The notes under the pieces are model-generated. The model had not been told where the DNA came from. It did no database searches and was given only the letters and a program-made list of their open reading frames with translations. From the human T2T-CHM13v2.0 reference genome, Homo sapiens: 64,000 bases of DNA. Both the position numbers and the translations under genes were made by a program. Below, one piece after another: positions 41,760 through 56,903 of the stretch. Numbering within the stretch: position 1 is the stretch's first letter; every line of letters starts with the position of its first letter. The DNA lies in the NCBI RefSeq assembly GCF_009914755.1, contig NC_060934.1; one strand, written 5' to 3'.

Positions 41760-42536
41760 CAATAGACCCCCTTATCCACACTTTTGCTTTCTGTGATTTC
41801 AGTTTCCCTGGTCAGCTACAGTCCGAAAATATTAAATAGAAAATTCCAGAAATAAATCTTAACCTTTAAATTGCATGCTGTTCTGAGTAGCATGATAAAA
41901 TCTCATGCCACCTCATTCTGTCTTGCCCAGGATGCGAATTCTCCTTCAGTTCAGTGTGTCAACACTGTCCACATTCTTCGCCCCTTAGTCACATAGTAGC
42001 CTTCTGGGCTATTGGATCCACTGCCACTGTATCCTAGTGCTTGTGTAAGTAGCCCTTATTTTACCTACTCCTGGCCCCAAAGTGTAAGAGAAGTGATGCT
42101 GGCAATTCACGTATGTCAAAAAGAAGCCATAAAATACTTTTCTTTAACTGAAACGGTGAAAATTATTGACAAGAAAGAAAAGAAAATGTATCCTGAGGTT
42201 CCTAAGATCTGGAACAAGAGGAAATATTGTCCATGAAATTGTGAAGAAAAAAGAAATTTGTGCTGGTTTTGTTGCTAAGTCTCAAACTGGAAAACTGTAA
42301 GTGCTGAGATAAGATGAAAAAGGCATTATATTTGTGGATAGAAGACATGGATAGAAAACGTGATTGACAGCAATGTTTTGAACCAGATTAACTTCATTTT
42401 AATTAAATGAAACTTTATTATGGGTATCTATGTATAGGAAAAAGCAAAGTATATACAGGGTTCAGTACTATCTATAATTTCAGACCTCCACTGGGAGTCT
42501 TGGAACATATCTCCTGTGGATAAGTGGGAACTACTA
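41760..42536 (+). mobile_element. MER44 (Tigger7-derived) DNA transposon
   Basis: TIR-like ends 'caatagacccccttatcc' and 'ggataagtgggaactact'; decayed transposase N-terminus near 42070-42360. Confidence 0.85.
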
Positions 42537-44568
42537 CACTCAGAGTTGCCCACTTGTCACTCTTCACAAAAAAGTACCTACAGTTGTTTGGAGATATAAT
42601 ACAATAATACATATATATTATTGTACATATATACATATAGAAGTATATATGTATTATTGTATATATGTATGTTATTACTATATTAGTTATTACTATATAC
42701 ATATGTATTATTATATATATGTTTGCTTATTATATATGTAGGTGTGTATATATATCCTTTAATTCCCTCCAGAGCCTCCGAATATTTTTTCTTTTATTAA
42801 TACTTGCTATGTAGTCAATATTTTAAATCAACCAATCTCAAATTTAGTAAAATCTATCTAGATATTTTTGTGTAATACAATATCAGACAAAGATTAAGAA
42901 TCAGGATGGTTCGTTTTTTGTAAAGGTAGCAAACATATAAACTTGATATTGTCTTGAAAAAATGAAGAACTAAGGTTTCTGTAACTGACTTTAGGAGACT
43001 AGAGGAGAAAAAACAATCTTGAGTTTGAGTAGTTTCTAAGAATAGATTGAGAATGAACCAGAAGCATAAAGAATTTAGATTTATGAGTGAAAAGGAATGG
43101 AATTAGACCATCTCATAAAATGAGATTGAAGTTTGTCTTTAAGGCAAATTAGGAAACACTTATTGACTGGCCAATGAATATGAGGTATTATGCTAGGAAT
43201 TTGAAATACAGGAGTGAAAACAGATGCCCTGCCATAGAGACACTTCCACTTTAGAAGCAAAGACAACACTGGTAATAATAAAATGAAAATGGCAAGTGAT
43301 TTTTTTTAGGGTTTAGTAAGTGGGAAATGCACCTAATTTCACCTTGGGGAGGCACTGGCAAATTTCTGAAGGAAAAAAAAATTGAGTAGTGAAATGAATA
43401 TGTATAACAAGAGCAGGACAAGTGCAGACTCATGGGACTTAAGAATCATTATTGGGCGAAGTAGAACAGCTTTTCCATCATATTGATTCTCTGAGGAAAA
43501 TGTCTGACTTTGTTTTGTTTTTCAAGCTTGCATTGTAATACTTCACATCATTTTTGTTCTTGTTTAATGACTTGATCAGATAAGAGAATCATAGTCACCA
43601 AGTACTTTCTTGGGGAGTCACCCTTCATTCATTTTCTACACCAACAGGATTCTTGACGAGCTTAGCAAACTGATGCCATCCTGTAATTATTAGCTAGATT
43701 TTATCTGGACCTTTTAATAGGACTCTAATTTTAAATTTGGTTTCACTTGCTTTTAAGGCTGGCCTCAATGCCTGAAACAAGGAACCTGTGTTTTACGTCT
43801 GTATTGTGCATACGTGAATGTTCTGAAATAAGGGTCAGATGTACAACATTCTTTAGAAGTGTTCTCTTGTGTGTTAAATGCACGGGAATGTGATAGAAGC
43901 AAAGATGTGACTCTGTGAAGAGAAATAACTTTTATTATATTAATGACAGCAATGAATTCTTAATTCTCAGCCACAAAAATGATAAAATACAATGGGATTT
44001 TCAAATGTAAAATAAAATATCTGTACTCAGATCATTGCTGCAGAGATAAAGTAAAATATTATTATACAACTCTAAAGTGACATGAAAAGAATGCAACTGT
44101 TAACCAAATGGCTCAAAGCGTAGCCATTACTATTTTTCTTAAATATTCCCCAAATTTAATATTTGATTGGGTGTGAAATTCCACCATCAGCACATAATTT
44201 ATCTTTTGTTTTAATATTAATCCGTTACTGACACACTGAGTAATAGATATATAATTTGCTTATGCTGTATATCTGATTTTCATGAATGCGGATATCTGAC
44301 AGTCATCCTTGCTCTCTCCCTCTTCCTTAACCACTGGCACCTTAACAATCACTGAATCCTACTACTTCTTCCTGCTAAATAGTGCCCAGTTATCTCCATT
44401 TCCACTATCAGTACCTACGTTCAGGTATCTCTTGCATAAAACACTAGAAATACACCATCTAGGATAGTCTTTAGTTGATGGGTATCCAAGCGCAATGACA
44501 GATATGCTCTCATTTGAGAATCTGAGAAATGTTCTTTTTAGCTGTTATTGTATAAGAGAGGTAGGTCT

Positions 44569-44906
44569 TTATATTAGCATTCTAGAACTTTCTAACAAAT
44601 TATGAAAAATTGGCTGCTTAAAATAACAAAAACATGTTCTCCCATAGTTCTGGGGCCTGGAAATGTAAAATTAAATTATTGACAGGGCTGCTCTTTCTTC
44701 AAAGACTCTAGGGGAGAATTATTTCTGCCTTTTCTAGGCTCTGGTGGCTCTAAGAGTTCTTTGGCTTATGGCAACATAACACTAATTTCTGCCTCTGTCT
44801 TCATGTGGTCTTCTACTCTTTGTTTTTTGTCTCCTTCCCTTCTCTTTAAGAAAACTTGTCATTGGTTTTAGGGTGCATCCTAATCCGGGATGATTTCATC
44901 TCTAGG
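44569..44906 (-). mobile_element. MLT1 (MLT1C-like) LTR, truncated
   Basis: 'gactctaggggagaattatttctgccttttctaggctctggtggct...taatccgggatgatttcatctc'. Confidence 0.8.
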
Positions 44907-47900
44907 TCCAACAGCTAATGCTTGTTATCTTTGCATTCATGTTTGACATTCTAACATTAAGATTGTTGAAATACCTCTCAAATTTCTGTTTAAACCCTGC
45001 CTGGACATCAACCTTGCTCAGACTTAGGTTTAAATCTCTTAGCACCATGAAAGCCTCACAATTAAGAGTTAGGTATATATCAGAGAAATAAATGATAACA
45101 AAAAAGTATATCATTATTGTCCTCATAGGAAGAAACTCTGGAAACATTCCAGGGTAAAAACCTGTAAGGTGGATAGTTGGATAAATAGATGCACTGAGAG
45201 ATAAGATGACAAAAGGGTAAATGAAGTTTACCTCCTTATTTGTTCTCTGACCTATGCCCCCTCAATGAAACACTTCTAAATGCCTATGTAAGTATTTTTT
45301 AAATAATTTTGGAGGAGACACAAATCCATTACAATAAAAGATATTCAGTACAAATGAATCAGAGATCACTTGTTGATATTTTTCCTGCTAAAAGTATGAT
45401 GCTAGGACTGGATTGTTCTCTTTTTTCTCTCCCCATAATGTTCTTAAGGATTTTTTTCTTTGTCTTGTGTATATATATACACATCAATTACTGTTTACTT
45501 TTACCTAGTTCACTATAACTTTTTTTCTTACTAAACAATAACATAGGAAATTGTATTTCACTAAATTTCCCTTTATTTCTAAATGTTGCAGGTTAGGATA
45601 TTCTCTAAAATATATTAAAGAGTTCTAACCTGATGGAATATATAAAAATCATACTCTTGCGTTTAGTAATAGTAAAGAAACACACAGATTAGTGAAATAT
45701 GAATAAATAGCTTATCATATGTAGACTGTATCTGTGTATTGTGCCAGTCATTCAGATGTTTAACATTTTTATTTACTTATTTTTAGGTAGAAAAAATATG
45801 TAGACTAACAACCGTAAATCAACAAATATGTATATAAATTGTACTCAAACAGTGGAAAAATACTAAAATGAGAACATATCTGTCTCTCCTGATTTTATAA
45901 ATTTCCCCATTTTAGACAGTCAGGCAGTCCTCTATAGAATCAAGGATATAGTTTGGTTTGAGGACTCAGCTTGCTCATAACAGAGAGCTAATATATTTTC
46001 TGAAAAGTATGGATTCCATTTTCCATCTTGCATCTTCAGCAATTTTTTAAAAAGTTCTGATAGTAGTTTTTTTAGTGGCAATATGTAGAAAAAACTCAAT
46101 TTAATTTTGGTTCCTAGGTTGACTCTGCAGTGCTTGTAGAGTCTTTCATTATTGTTTTACTTCCAAACTGCATTTCTATTTTAAAGTTGAAAATATCCAA
46201 TAACATCAACTGATTGCAAGGGAGTAGAGTGAAGAAAGGATGGGATGAAAAGTTAGAAATGACAAACTAAAGCCATATTTTAATGCTGAAACACAGAGTT
46301 TACAGTGTTTTTGAATACGTGTGGTAGGTCATTCAGGTATTTAGTGTTTTCGTCCATTGAAATTTCTGTCTGTTTTCCTAGATCCCTCATGAAATGTTAT
46401 TACCCTACATGCCATACTATTTCTCAGAGTTTTGGTAGTCTGCTTGTAGCCTAATTTTTAAATCTTAGCATTCCTGGGATACAAATTGTATTGGAAATTT
46501 GAGACATTAAACATTTAGAAAAAAAATCATGATGCATTTTATTACATTAGGGGTTCATGGGATGTAAATACTCCTAATTAATGATGATTAGGTAATAGAT
46601 TATTATTTTCAAGATATACTTTCAAAATAATTCACAGGGAGTGATTTTAGTAAGAAGAATGTAATCCTCTTACAGGGGAGGTAAGCAGAATTAGTTTCAT
46701 AGAGGAAGCTTATTATGTAGTGTGACTTGATGGCTTCCAAAGAGCCCTACTGCTTAACATACATATTCCATGGATTTTAATAGTTTATTAAATAATCTAA
46801 TTTCCACATCCTAATTTTACATTTTCTAGAGAAAACACACTTTGTGAGGTAAGGAATATATACTCTTATTGACTGAAAAATTAGATTTTTCCAAGAACTT
46901 TAAGAATGGAACATGAGGTTACTGTGTATGAAAAGCAAAATTCAGAAAGTTTAATCTGTGAAGTACATCAGAGAGGGCAATTCTTTGGTGCTGACAGTAA
47001 GTGAACGAAATGAATCTTCAGGTGATAGCTTAAAAATGTCAAAAACATAGAGTGGGAGGTGTATAAAGTAGAAAATAGTCATATTTAAAGTCACTGTTTC
47101 ATTAATATGCACATGGATAAAGCATTTTATAATAGTCATTATAACATAGCTCAAATTAAATAACTTATTTATTAATTTCCTGCATGCCTGAAATCATACC
47201 TGCCTTCATGTCCCCATCACATGGAGAGACTCCTGGCTGGATAAGTTGAGAAAGAGCCATTGGTCCTTAAAGCTGCTATGCTTCTCTACTATTTCATGAG
47301 TTGATGTGGTTCACCCCTTTAATAACTGGCCCAGGGACCAGAGATATAATTCATGCTATACATGAAAGAAATACTCCTGAAGATGTTGGAATTCAATATT
47401 CATTGAATTAGTGAATATTGTGTTTTATTTGTTTGAACCTTATTCCATCTTTTCTTTCTCTAGTTTTTCAATCTGCTTTCTTGTGTCTCTCTTATTTAGC
47501 TGTTATGCTATCTTTTCAGCTTTAACATTTTGGATCTTTTTCTTATTTACATATAATTTTACTGCCTGGTATGGTATCTCATTAACTCCAAAACTGAGCA
47601 AATTTTATTGACTACCCATAAGTCATAAATCCTGCAATTATAATATGACTGTGAAGGATCTATGATCCTTTCCTATCCTATCTTCTTTCTCTTCCAAAGC
47701 AATGGTTCCTGTGTTTCTGTAGTTAAGATAAAAACCATTTGTTTATCAATATTTTAAGATATTTGATTGACCATAAAGTGCTCGGCATGCCATGGTGATC
47801 AAGTAATGTCTGTACCAAGACTTACCTAGAGAGAATTTTACTAGATTTAGCAAGGTCTAAATTTAAAATAACAACTAAGGATTCTGTCATCCTTCATATT

Positions 47901-49422
47901 TTCCTTCTTATAAACAGCAGGTTTGGCCTCTGTACGTGTGTTGAGGTGGGCAGTGGAGATAGGAGAGACTGAGAATACTTTTGTTTTCAACTGGGCAAAA
48001 GGCATACAAATCTAACATGTATAAAGTACTTTTATCACAAAAAGCAGAGCTTGTTGCAATCTTTACTATTTGTCTTGAGAGATCCTGTCTGTTTTTTGTA
48101 AGTTCTTGCTGTACAATAATCTGCAAGATTCTCATGCATTCTGAGAAATCTAGATGTTACTGGAACACATGAGGCTTTAGGACAATCTTCAAAACATAAG
48201 AAAAATAATTAGAAATGTGCATCTTTTGACTTTTATGCATATAGATTCTTTTTTTAGAATTGGTCGTTTTTGTTCTGGAAGCATGTTTCTTTAGCAGGAG
48301 TCATCTTAACTTCAGTAGAAGGAATCTATTATATGTAAACCACTTCCAGGTTTGAAAGGTTTTAGCTTCCACCAGACTTGCCTAATTATATTTCATTGCT
48401 CAATTTATATATTATAGCTCATATTAAAGTCAGTACAAACTTACATCTCGAAAACAGATTATTAAATAGTGATTCATGATTCATTTGATAATCAACACGA
48501 TTTTACTTACACTATTCCCCTTTTCCTGCGGACTCTCATCTATGCTGCTCTTAAAAGCTATACATCCTGGGTGTGGCATGACACTGTAGAAGTCCTCAAA
48601 ACTAATCAGGGCAGGGGAAATAATGTTGGAAATGAATTTGAGAATTTTTTTTCTCTTCCATATTCTAAAACAGCTAGCAAGTCAGTTACATTCATCTTGT
48701 GAGCACTTAACTTAGTTACCAAGTGTGGAAATAAAAAACAAATAGTTCATTTGACTTTATTTTTACAGAAATACAAGGGAATGGGGTAAAATTAGTGCTT
48801 AATATGAATGCTGGAGGTTAAAAAGTCACCCATTATTCAGGAAAGGAGTGGCTGGAAGGGTAACACACTTGCAGAAAATAATTTCTTGTGTGGACCAAAA
48901 CTAAATGTTGCTCTCTGAATGATCATATTATATTGTATGTATAGGTTATTCAAATATAATAGAAAAACTTAAAACAATGTGCAGGCTTTGGGGTCAATAT
49001 ACTATTTTGTTTTGTGACAAAGCCTATCTTATACAGACCTGATTTCATGACACTATCCAAGTACCATTAGAAGTAATCTTCGGAGAGGTTATATTTCTAG
49101 GTAATCATTATGGCCTGTGTATTTAACCAAATCTAGAATCCATTATGTCATATAGAGTGGTGATGATTCTTGTTAGATAGCTATATGATGGAATTACTGT
49201 TTTGCATTATAAATTAAGTGTTCAGTTGATCTGATGAAAGTTGATGAAGCCTCAGTAGAGACAATTCTACAGATTGTGTCTTGTAAGACACAATCTTACA
49301 AGTTTACACAAAATTACAATCTTACAATTCTTGAAAATGAATTATATACTTAGTTCCAAATAAAACACAATATTCACTAAATTAATTATGTACAAGTTCC
49401 AAATTCATACCTTTGCTAAAAC

Positions 49423-49561
49423 CTGCACTCAATCTGTTTTTATTTTTAAGACCACTACTCCGAGACTTTAAATGAAAGAGAGCATTACAATAGAATTTCA
49501 CCATTCTGTATTATAGGGCATTCACCTTCTTTGATAAAGCACTGTTCTATTTATATTCATA
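49423..49561 (+). repeat. 139-bp direct repeat of 50407-50545
   Basis: Ungapped, about 11 mismatches. Confidence 0.93.
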
Positions 49562-51971
49562 TTTCAGGTTACTTTATTAGGTTACTTTAAATTTAGGGAT
49601 AACACCAAGTTACATTTTAAGTCAAACTTTAAGAGTAGATGAATGCCCATTAGAAAAATCAGCACAAAATCTAAAATGGTCCTCAGATACAGAATTAAAT
49701 CAATTAAGATTGTAAGGCCAAATGATGTGTATGATATTTATAATATTATTTAAAAGGGTGAAATTTTATTATCCTAGCCAAATCCCTCTCAACTTACACT
49801 TTATAGATCACTGATATTATTGTCAACAGATATTTCCACAGCAAAGGACAATAAAGGATTACTCAATTTTGGGGTAAATTTCAGAGTCTAGACATTACAC
49901 AACTGATCTTATTCTATTAGAACAAAATACTAGTTTGTTCTGAAATATAAGGGTTTCATAGAATATTCAATGCCAAAAGTATATGAATATAGGGACATTT
50001 AATCCAGAAGTAGCATTTAGGAAAGAAGATACATTTTTCCTAGAAACAGAAAATGTATACTCAAGCAACAAATAAATTTATCAATATCTATGATTTAAAA
50101 ACCACCTTTCTAGGTGTAGGGAGAGATTATAATAAAGAAAACATGTATAGAGGCTATAAACTTCAAAATTGGTTTGGATACTAATGATATAAACATAGGA
50201 AAAGCGAAATGTCAGTAAAAGATAATCACAAAGTACTGGGCAGAATAATGGTCTTCATCTTCATAAATAAGATCCCAGGTTCTCAGTTACAAGAAAAAAG
50301 GATGTGTCACACTAAAATAAAACTGGTTTTGGCATCAACATTAGAAGAGAAAATGTGCAGCTAGGTAGCCTCATCTACTATCCAACATGCCACTTAGACA
50401 GACTAGCTGCACTCAATCTGTTTTTATTTTTAAGACCACTACTTCCAGACCTTAAATGAAAGACAGCATTACAACAGAATTTCTCCATTCTGCATTATAG
50501 GGCATTCACCTTCTTAGATAAAGCACCATTCTATTCATATTCATAATCCAGCAACTAAACTAGGTATTCATGTAAATGAAATAATTTTATTTAAATTGTC
50601 ATCTAGAAAGTAATCCACTTTAATGAATACTATTAAAAATGCCCTTGCCTGTCCTCCTCACCACAAATGATATCCGTAAGGGAAAGAAAAGGAAATTGGA
50701 AATTCAGAGACACAGAGTTCAGCTTTCTCCTAAAAACTGGTCTGCAGCTGGGAATTTTAAATGCAAGATAAGAATACCACAGAGAATGGAGACAATACAA
50801 GCAAGAAAGAAGATCCAAAATGAAGAGCAAGGTTGGTGTGTCAAATGGCGAAAAGCAAAAACGTATTTTCTTTGCATTTGACTTGGGGAAAACTCTCTAG
50901 TTTCAGTTTCTCAAGCGGCAGAATCTACGAAAAGCAATTCAACAAGGGCTGGAACTATATCCTGAAGTGTAGTAGTGTCTTGGGACTGCTGTATGTAACA
51001 GCAAACAATTTTTTTTTGAAACACAGCATCTTGATCATGTTCAACTTATTTGATTATTAGAGTTCCAAGATATTGCCCAATCTGAGGTGATCTCAGATGT
51101 CTACTTTGCTTTAAAAAATGTGCTGTTAATCAAGTTCCAAATTCATACCTTTGCTAAAATGGTTTCTCTGGACTTTGTGTACTTACGAGTCTGCCAGCCT
51201 TTGGTAGGCACTAGTGATGACCTGAAGAATTCTAGTAACCAAGTCTTAAATCTTTAAGTTTAATCCAAGCACCTTGTAAACAACTCCATATCATTAAAAG
51301 GTAATTTACAAGAAGACTAGCAGTACATAGATGTGGGGAGAAATTAATGTATACTACTAAAATCCAGGAAAATAGCCTGGGTAGGGATGAATGGGTAAAA
51401 TAAATACGCTCCTAAGACACAAAGCCGCAGGACACTTGGAGGATAACAGAGAACACTTGCTTTGCTTCTTGAAATCAACTTTTTTTTGTTAATCCCACAA
51501 ATAGGTAGAATGTCTGACAATAGTCAAACATATCTAGCTGTTACACCACTCTTGGCTCCAAAAAGCCTTTCTGCATTATCCCTTTCACATCTTTTCTGTA
51601 TTCTTTTCTGTATTCTCTGTATTCTTAAACTATGTAAAAGGATATATCAAGTCTCTAAGCATTGCATGCACCCCAAATAAAGGCTTATTCCAAAAAAGCC
51701 GATGTTTTTCAATGATTACCTATTTTAGTTTATGCCATTCCAATAAGAAGTCATCACTTTGGCTTTAGATGCTAGCCTCTTGCATCAGTCTGAACTTAAG
51801 GCTCTGAGCTTGCTCTTTCATAGCTTTAGAAACAGATTTAGAAATATTTTTTTTATCCTCTGAGAAAATAACACTTTCTTTTAGAATGACAAGTGATACC
51901 AAATTACTAATATTTCTGTCCCACCGAATTGTATCAAATCAATGGTCAAAACTAAGTATTTCCTCCCAAAA

Positions 51972-51980
51972 TGTGTGCGT

Positions 51981-52026
<46 letters not shown>
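51972..52026. repeat. (TG)n microsatellite
   Basis: Direct read. Confidence 0.97.
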
Positions 52027-52029
<3 letters not shown>

Positions 52030-52951
52030 GAAAGACAAGGGTCAGCATGGTAAAATAGCCATCAAACCAATGTGGCTGTTGCTTTTTTTGAAGAATAGAA
52101 AGCATTTTGGAAAAAAAAATAGATGTCAATTAAAGATATTAGGTTGTGTCATTTCTTATTTATTATTTGCCACTTTTGTTACCTGTCATTCATAATATAA
52201 TATTTTTTTCTAGCAGTTTTACCCATTTATGGGATTAACAAAAAAAGTTTGATTCAAGAAGCAAATCAAATGTTGCCCATTTTAAGCTCTTTCTTAACCT
52301 GACATTTCCCAAAAGGAATAACATTGAAATCCAGTATTCACGATCTCTCTTAAAGTTAATGCCTTCAATGACTCAGAATGAATATAAATGATAATTACTT
52401 CAAATTGAAATTTAAGATTAATTCTGTGGATTGGCAAACTTTCAATTTGTGCTCAGATCCCCATGGCTGACCCTTTTTGTGTGAGATAAAAATCTAAAAG
52501 CGTAATAGTCATTAATTATCATTTTTCTTTTTTTATTCCTTATTTGAAAACATCTCTTCATGTGAAGCCTACTTTACTTGTTCACAAATATAAATAAGAG
52601 ATGTTTTCACTCTATGATCTTGCCACTTCTTTTTAGATCTCTTGTTTGATTTGTTTGTATGGAAGTCTTAAAGTCCATTTTATTTAGCTTTTTTCTTGTG
52701 TGGCATGTTTTGTGTGAAGGTTATTATGAGTGTGGCATCAGTCAACTTGGCCTATTAAATGTTTTATTGAGCAGAGCTCCAGCATTCATAATCTTGTTTA
52801 GAAAACAGCACTTTTGAGATTAGACACTAATGAAGAATTTCATCTCTGTAGTTCTTTGTATTTGTTTTGTTTTGCTTGTCCAATTCTGCATTATAAAATT
52901 CAGGTTAAAGGTTTTTATTTTGTTTTGTTTTGTTTTTTTCACTTAAAGAAC

Positions 52952-53242
52952 TTTTTTTTTTTTTTAGACAGGGTCTCTCTCTGTCGCCAGGCTGGAGTGC
53001 AGTGACTCGATCTCAGCTGTCTGCAACCTCCACCTCTGGGTTCAAGTGATTCTCCTGCCTCAGCCTCCTGAGTAGCTGAGATTACAGGTACTCACCACCA
53101 TGCCCGGGTACCTTTTGTATTTTTAGTAGAGACGGGGTTTCACCATGTTGGTCAGGCTGGTCTCAAACTCCTGACCTCATGATCTGCCCACTTCGGCCTC
53201 CCAAAGTGCTGGGATTACAGGCGTGAACCACCACGCCCAGCC
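52952..53242 (-). mobile_element. AluS (Sg/Sc-like)
   Basis: Poly-T then antisense Alu; 'gacctcatgatc'. Confidence 0.92.
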
Positions 53243-53280
53243 CCAGCCAGGACTTTTAAAAAATATATTAAATTTAAGAG

Positions 53281-53985
53281 ATTTAACTGTGTGTGTGTTT
53301 TTATGTATATTGTATATATAATATGCACAAAATATATACAAAAATATATATTGTATTATATATAATATACACAAAAACACACAATATATGTATTATATAT
53401 AATATACAAAAACACACGCACAGTTAAATACACAAATATGTAAATAAATATATACAAATATATATAAATATGTATATTTATATATGTATTATATATAATA
53501 TATACACATATATGTATGTATTATATATTTATATGTGTACATATATTTATACATATATTTTATATATGTATTATATATAATATCTATTTATATTGTATGT
53601 ATTATATGTTGTTTGTATATATAGTATGTATATTATTATAAACACATTTATATTTATATTGTATGTATTATAGTATGTATGTATAGTATGCATATGTATA
53701 TATGTATTATATATAATATATTATGCATATGTATATATGTATTATATATAATAATAATGCATATGTATATATGTATTATATATAATATATAATGCATATG
53801 TATATATGTATTATATATAATATATAATACATATATAAATACATATATTTTTATATACACATATACATATATACATATAATACATATATAAATATATGCA
53901 TGTGTGTATATTATATATAATACATCTATAGTACATCTATAAATAGATGTATTATACACACACACACACACACACACACAACACA
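53281..53985. repeat. Long AT-rich low-complexity and minisatellite tract ending in (CA)n
   Basis: Includes about three copies of 'atgcatatgtatatatgtattatatataata' at 53688-53830. Confidence 0.93.
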
Positions 53986-54064
53986 GACAGGGAGAGGGAG
54001 ACTTAAAACTTAATCAGGGTGTGTATTTTCAGATTAGTCATTGTCAATAAAACCAATAAATTTT

Positions 54065-54300
54065 AAGAATGAAAGCTTTACATTCAGACTGCACAGGTTT
54101 ATATCATGGTTCCACTACTCAATGTCTATACTATATTTAACAAGTCAAATAATTTATCTTATTTAGGTTTTCTCATCTGTAAATGAGGATATCTCTCTCA
54201 TAATAGCCTTGTGAATAAAACTTGAGATAATCCATGAAATTAATTACTTAGCACAAAGCTTGAAATAGTAAATTGTCCCTAAATCAATTATTGTTAATAA
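54065..54300 (+). mobile_element. MIR
   Basis: Core motif 'ggttttctcatctgtaaatgaggat'. Confidence 0.7.
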
Positions 54301-54820
54301 TCAATATCATTACAATTTTTCAAGAAAGAAGATGCCGGCACTTCTAAATTTACATGACGTTCTGCTTTCTTTTTGTGGCAGATGGGAAAGAAGTATAGTC
54401 CTTACTAAAGCTTTATTGCCGAGAATAGTAATATATATATTATATATATGTATTTGTTTTTTAAATTATACTTTAAGTTCTAGGGTACATGTGAGAGCAC
54501 TTGGACACAGGGTGGGGAATATTTTTGATACATTACAGCTTTACAATGAAGTCAAATTTCCTATTATGTGCTGAAGTAAGAAAACTATTTAATGTCTTGG
54601 GCACCAACACCCCCTGACTGGCAGTGGCTTTCTGGTCAATGTGCTGATAAAGATTGTGTTACTGAAAAGGAGCTCAGTGGGAACCAGTGCAGGGATGGAT
54701 TACGAATGTCTGCCGTAGCAGAATGATAAGTGGCAACACATTTGGTGTGTTTGCTGACTTTCTTCCAGACGTGGTACTTCTTTCTTATTTTTTCCCATTC
54801 CAAGCCATTCTGATAGAAAA

Positions 54821-55087
54821 AAATTTTATTGAAAGCCTCTTCTGCATATATTGAAATAATTATGTGATTTTTGTTTTCAGTTCTGTTTATGTGATGAATC
54901 ACACTTACTAATTTTCATATGTTGAACCAACCTTGCATCACAGGAATAAATGCTATTTGATCTTGGTGCATTATCTTTTTCATGTGCTGCTGAATTTGGT
55001 TTTCTGGTATTCTGTCGAGGATTTTTGCATCCACATTCATAACGGATATTGGTGTGAAGTTTTCTCTTTTATTTGTTGTATCTCTAG
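54821..55087 (-). mobile_element. L1 ORF2 fragment abutting the right arm
   Basis: ORF track gives [19 protein letters not shown]...QGWFNI and IHHINRTENKNHIIIS. Confidence 0.88.
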
Positions 55088-56234
55088 CAAACAAATCCAA
55101 GTGGCTTCTAGAATAAATTTGATGAAGATTGAAAGAGATATTGGCAGACCTAAAACTACTGGTTAATATTTGCAACATAAAACAGTGTTAACCACAAGAT
55201 TCTACACTCAAGTCTAAAGCATGACACATTCAGAATAGAGAAAGCTAGTTAAATGGTATTTAATATTAAAGAGGTTAAAAATTAAATTTATTCAACATGA
55301 TTAAAAAGTTGATAAAGCTTCAAACAATGTCTATTCTAATAAATATTCCACCAGAAAGGCGAGGTGATCATCCTATGATATACCACATAGAAAGTCTATG
55401 TAGGAAATTTTGCTTTTTATTCTAGATAGTAGTTATTAGAAGACACAATTTAAAGCATGCTTATATTTAGATAACAACAACAATAAACAGAGAAACTAAA
55501 TAATTCGTTTGCCTGTAGAATGACAGTGATGAGTTAGGGGATATAATTTTTACAATCTACAATCTAGTATTTGATAAGCTTTTCAGGTGAGAGAGAGGTA
55601 CAATAGTAAATGGTATTGTATGTACACAAAGAATCTAAGCTAGAGCAATACAGATTTCATCTCAATAAAAGCATGAATTTTTTTTATTGTAAAAATCACA
55701 TACCAGCTGCTATAGTATTCAAGGTATGACTTTTTTTACTCAGACAGATATGAATTCAAGATGTGGTAGTGTCACTTAACAAATGTGTAACCTAAGGAAC
55801 CTGAGGCAATCCTCTGAGCTTCAAATTCATATTCTGTAAAAGGCAGATAACAGCACTTCCATTGAACTATTAAGGGATCAAATAACAGTGTATATAAATA
55901 TCTTAGCACAGTGCCTGTCACGAAAAAAAAAAAAAAACTCAATAAATGTACCTGAGCAGTCAGAGCTCTTGAGAGCAAACAACAGATTCTATTAGTTAAG
56001 ATTACATTTGGCTGAAAGTGACTACAAAATCCAAATTCAAAAATCTCAATTGATTAGAGTTGTAAATTGCTAAACAAAGCACACTACATTGGCTTTCATC
56101 AAACTTTTATCACTTTTCCACTTACCTCTTACCTTACAAATAACTATAGATTGGAACATAAAAACTTATTTCAGTCTCTAGCTGGGGAAATATATCTTAA
56201 AATAGTTGACACTGCCAATATTCCTAGGAAGTAG

Positions 56235-56903
<669 letters not shown>

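Noticed and set aside
50600-51100. Unique-looking segment with overlapping 65-80 aa ORFs, possible exon or enhancer
   Set aside because: No recognisable protein similarity or convincing splice pair; conservation or expression data would be needed.
53654-53977. 107-aa Y/I-rich ORF
   Set aside because: Translation of (TA)n/(CA)n low-complexity DNA.
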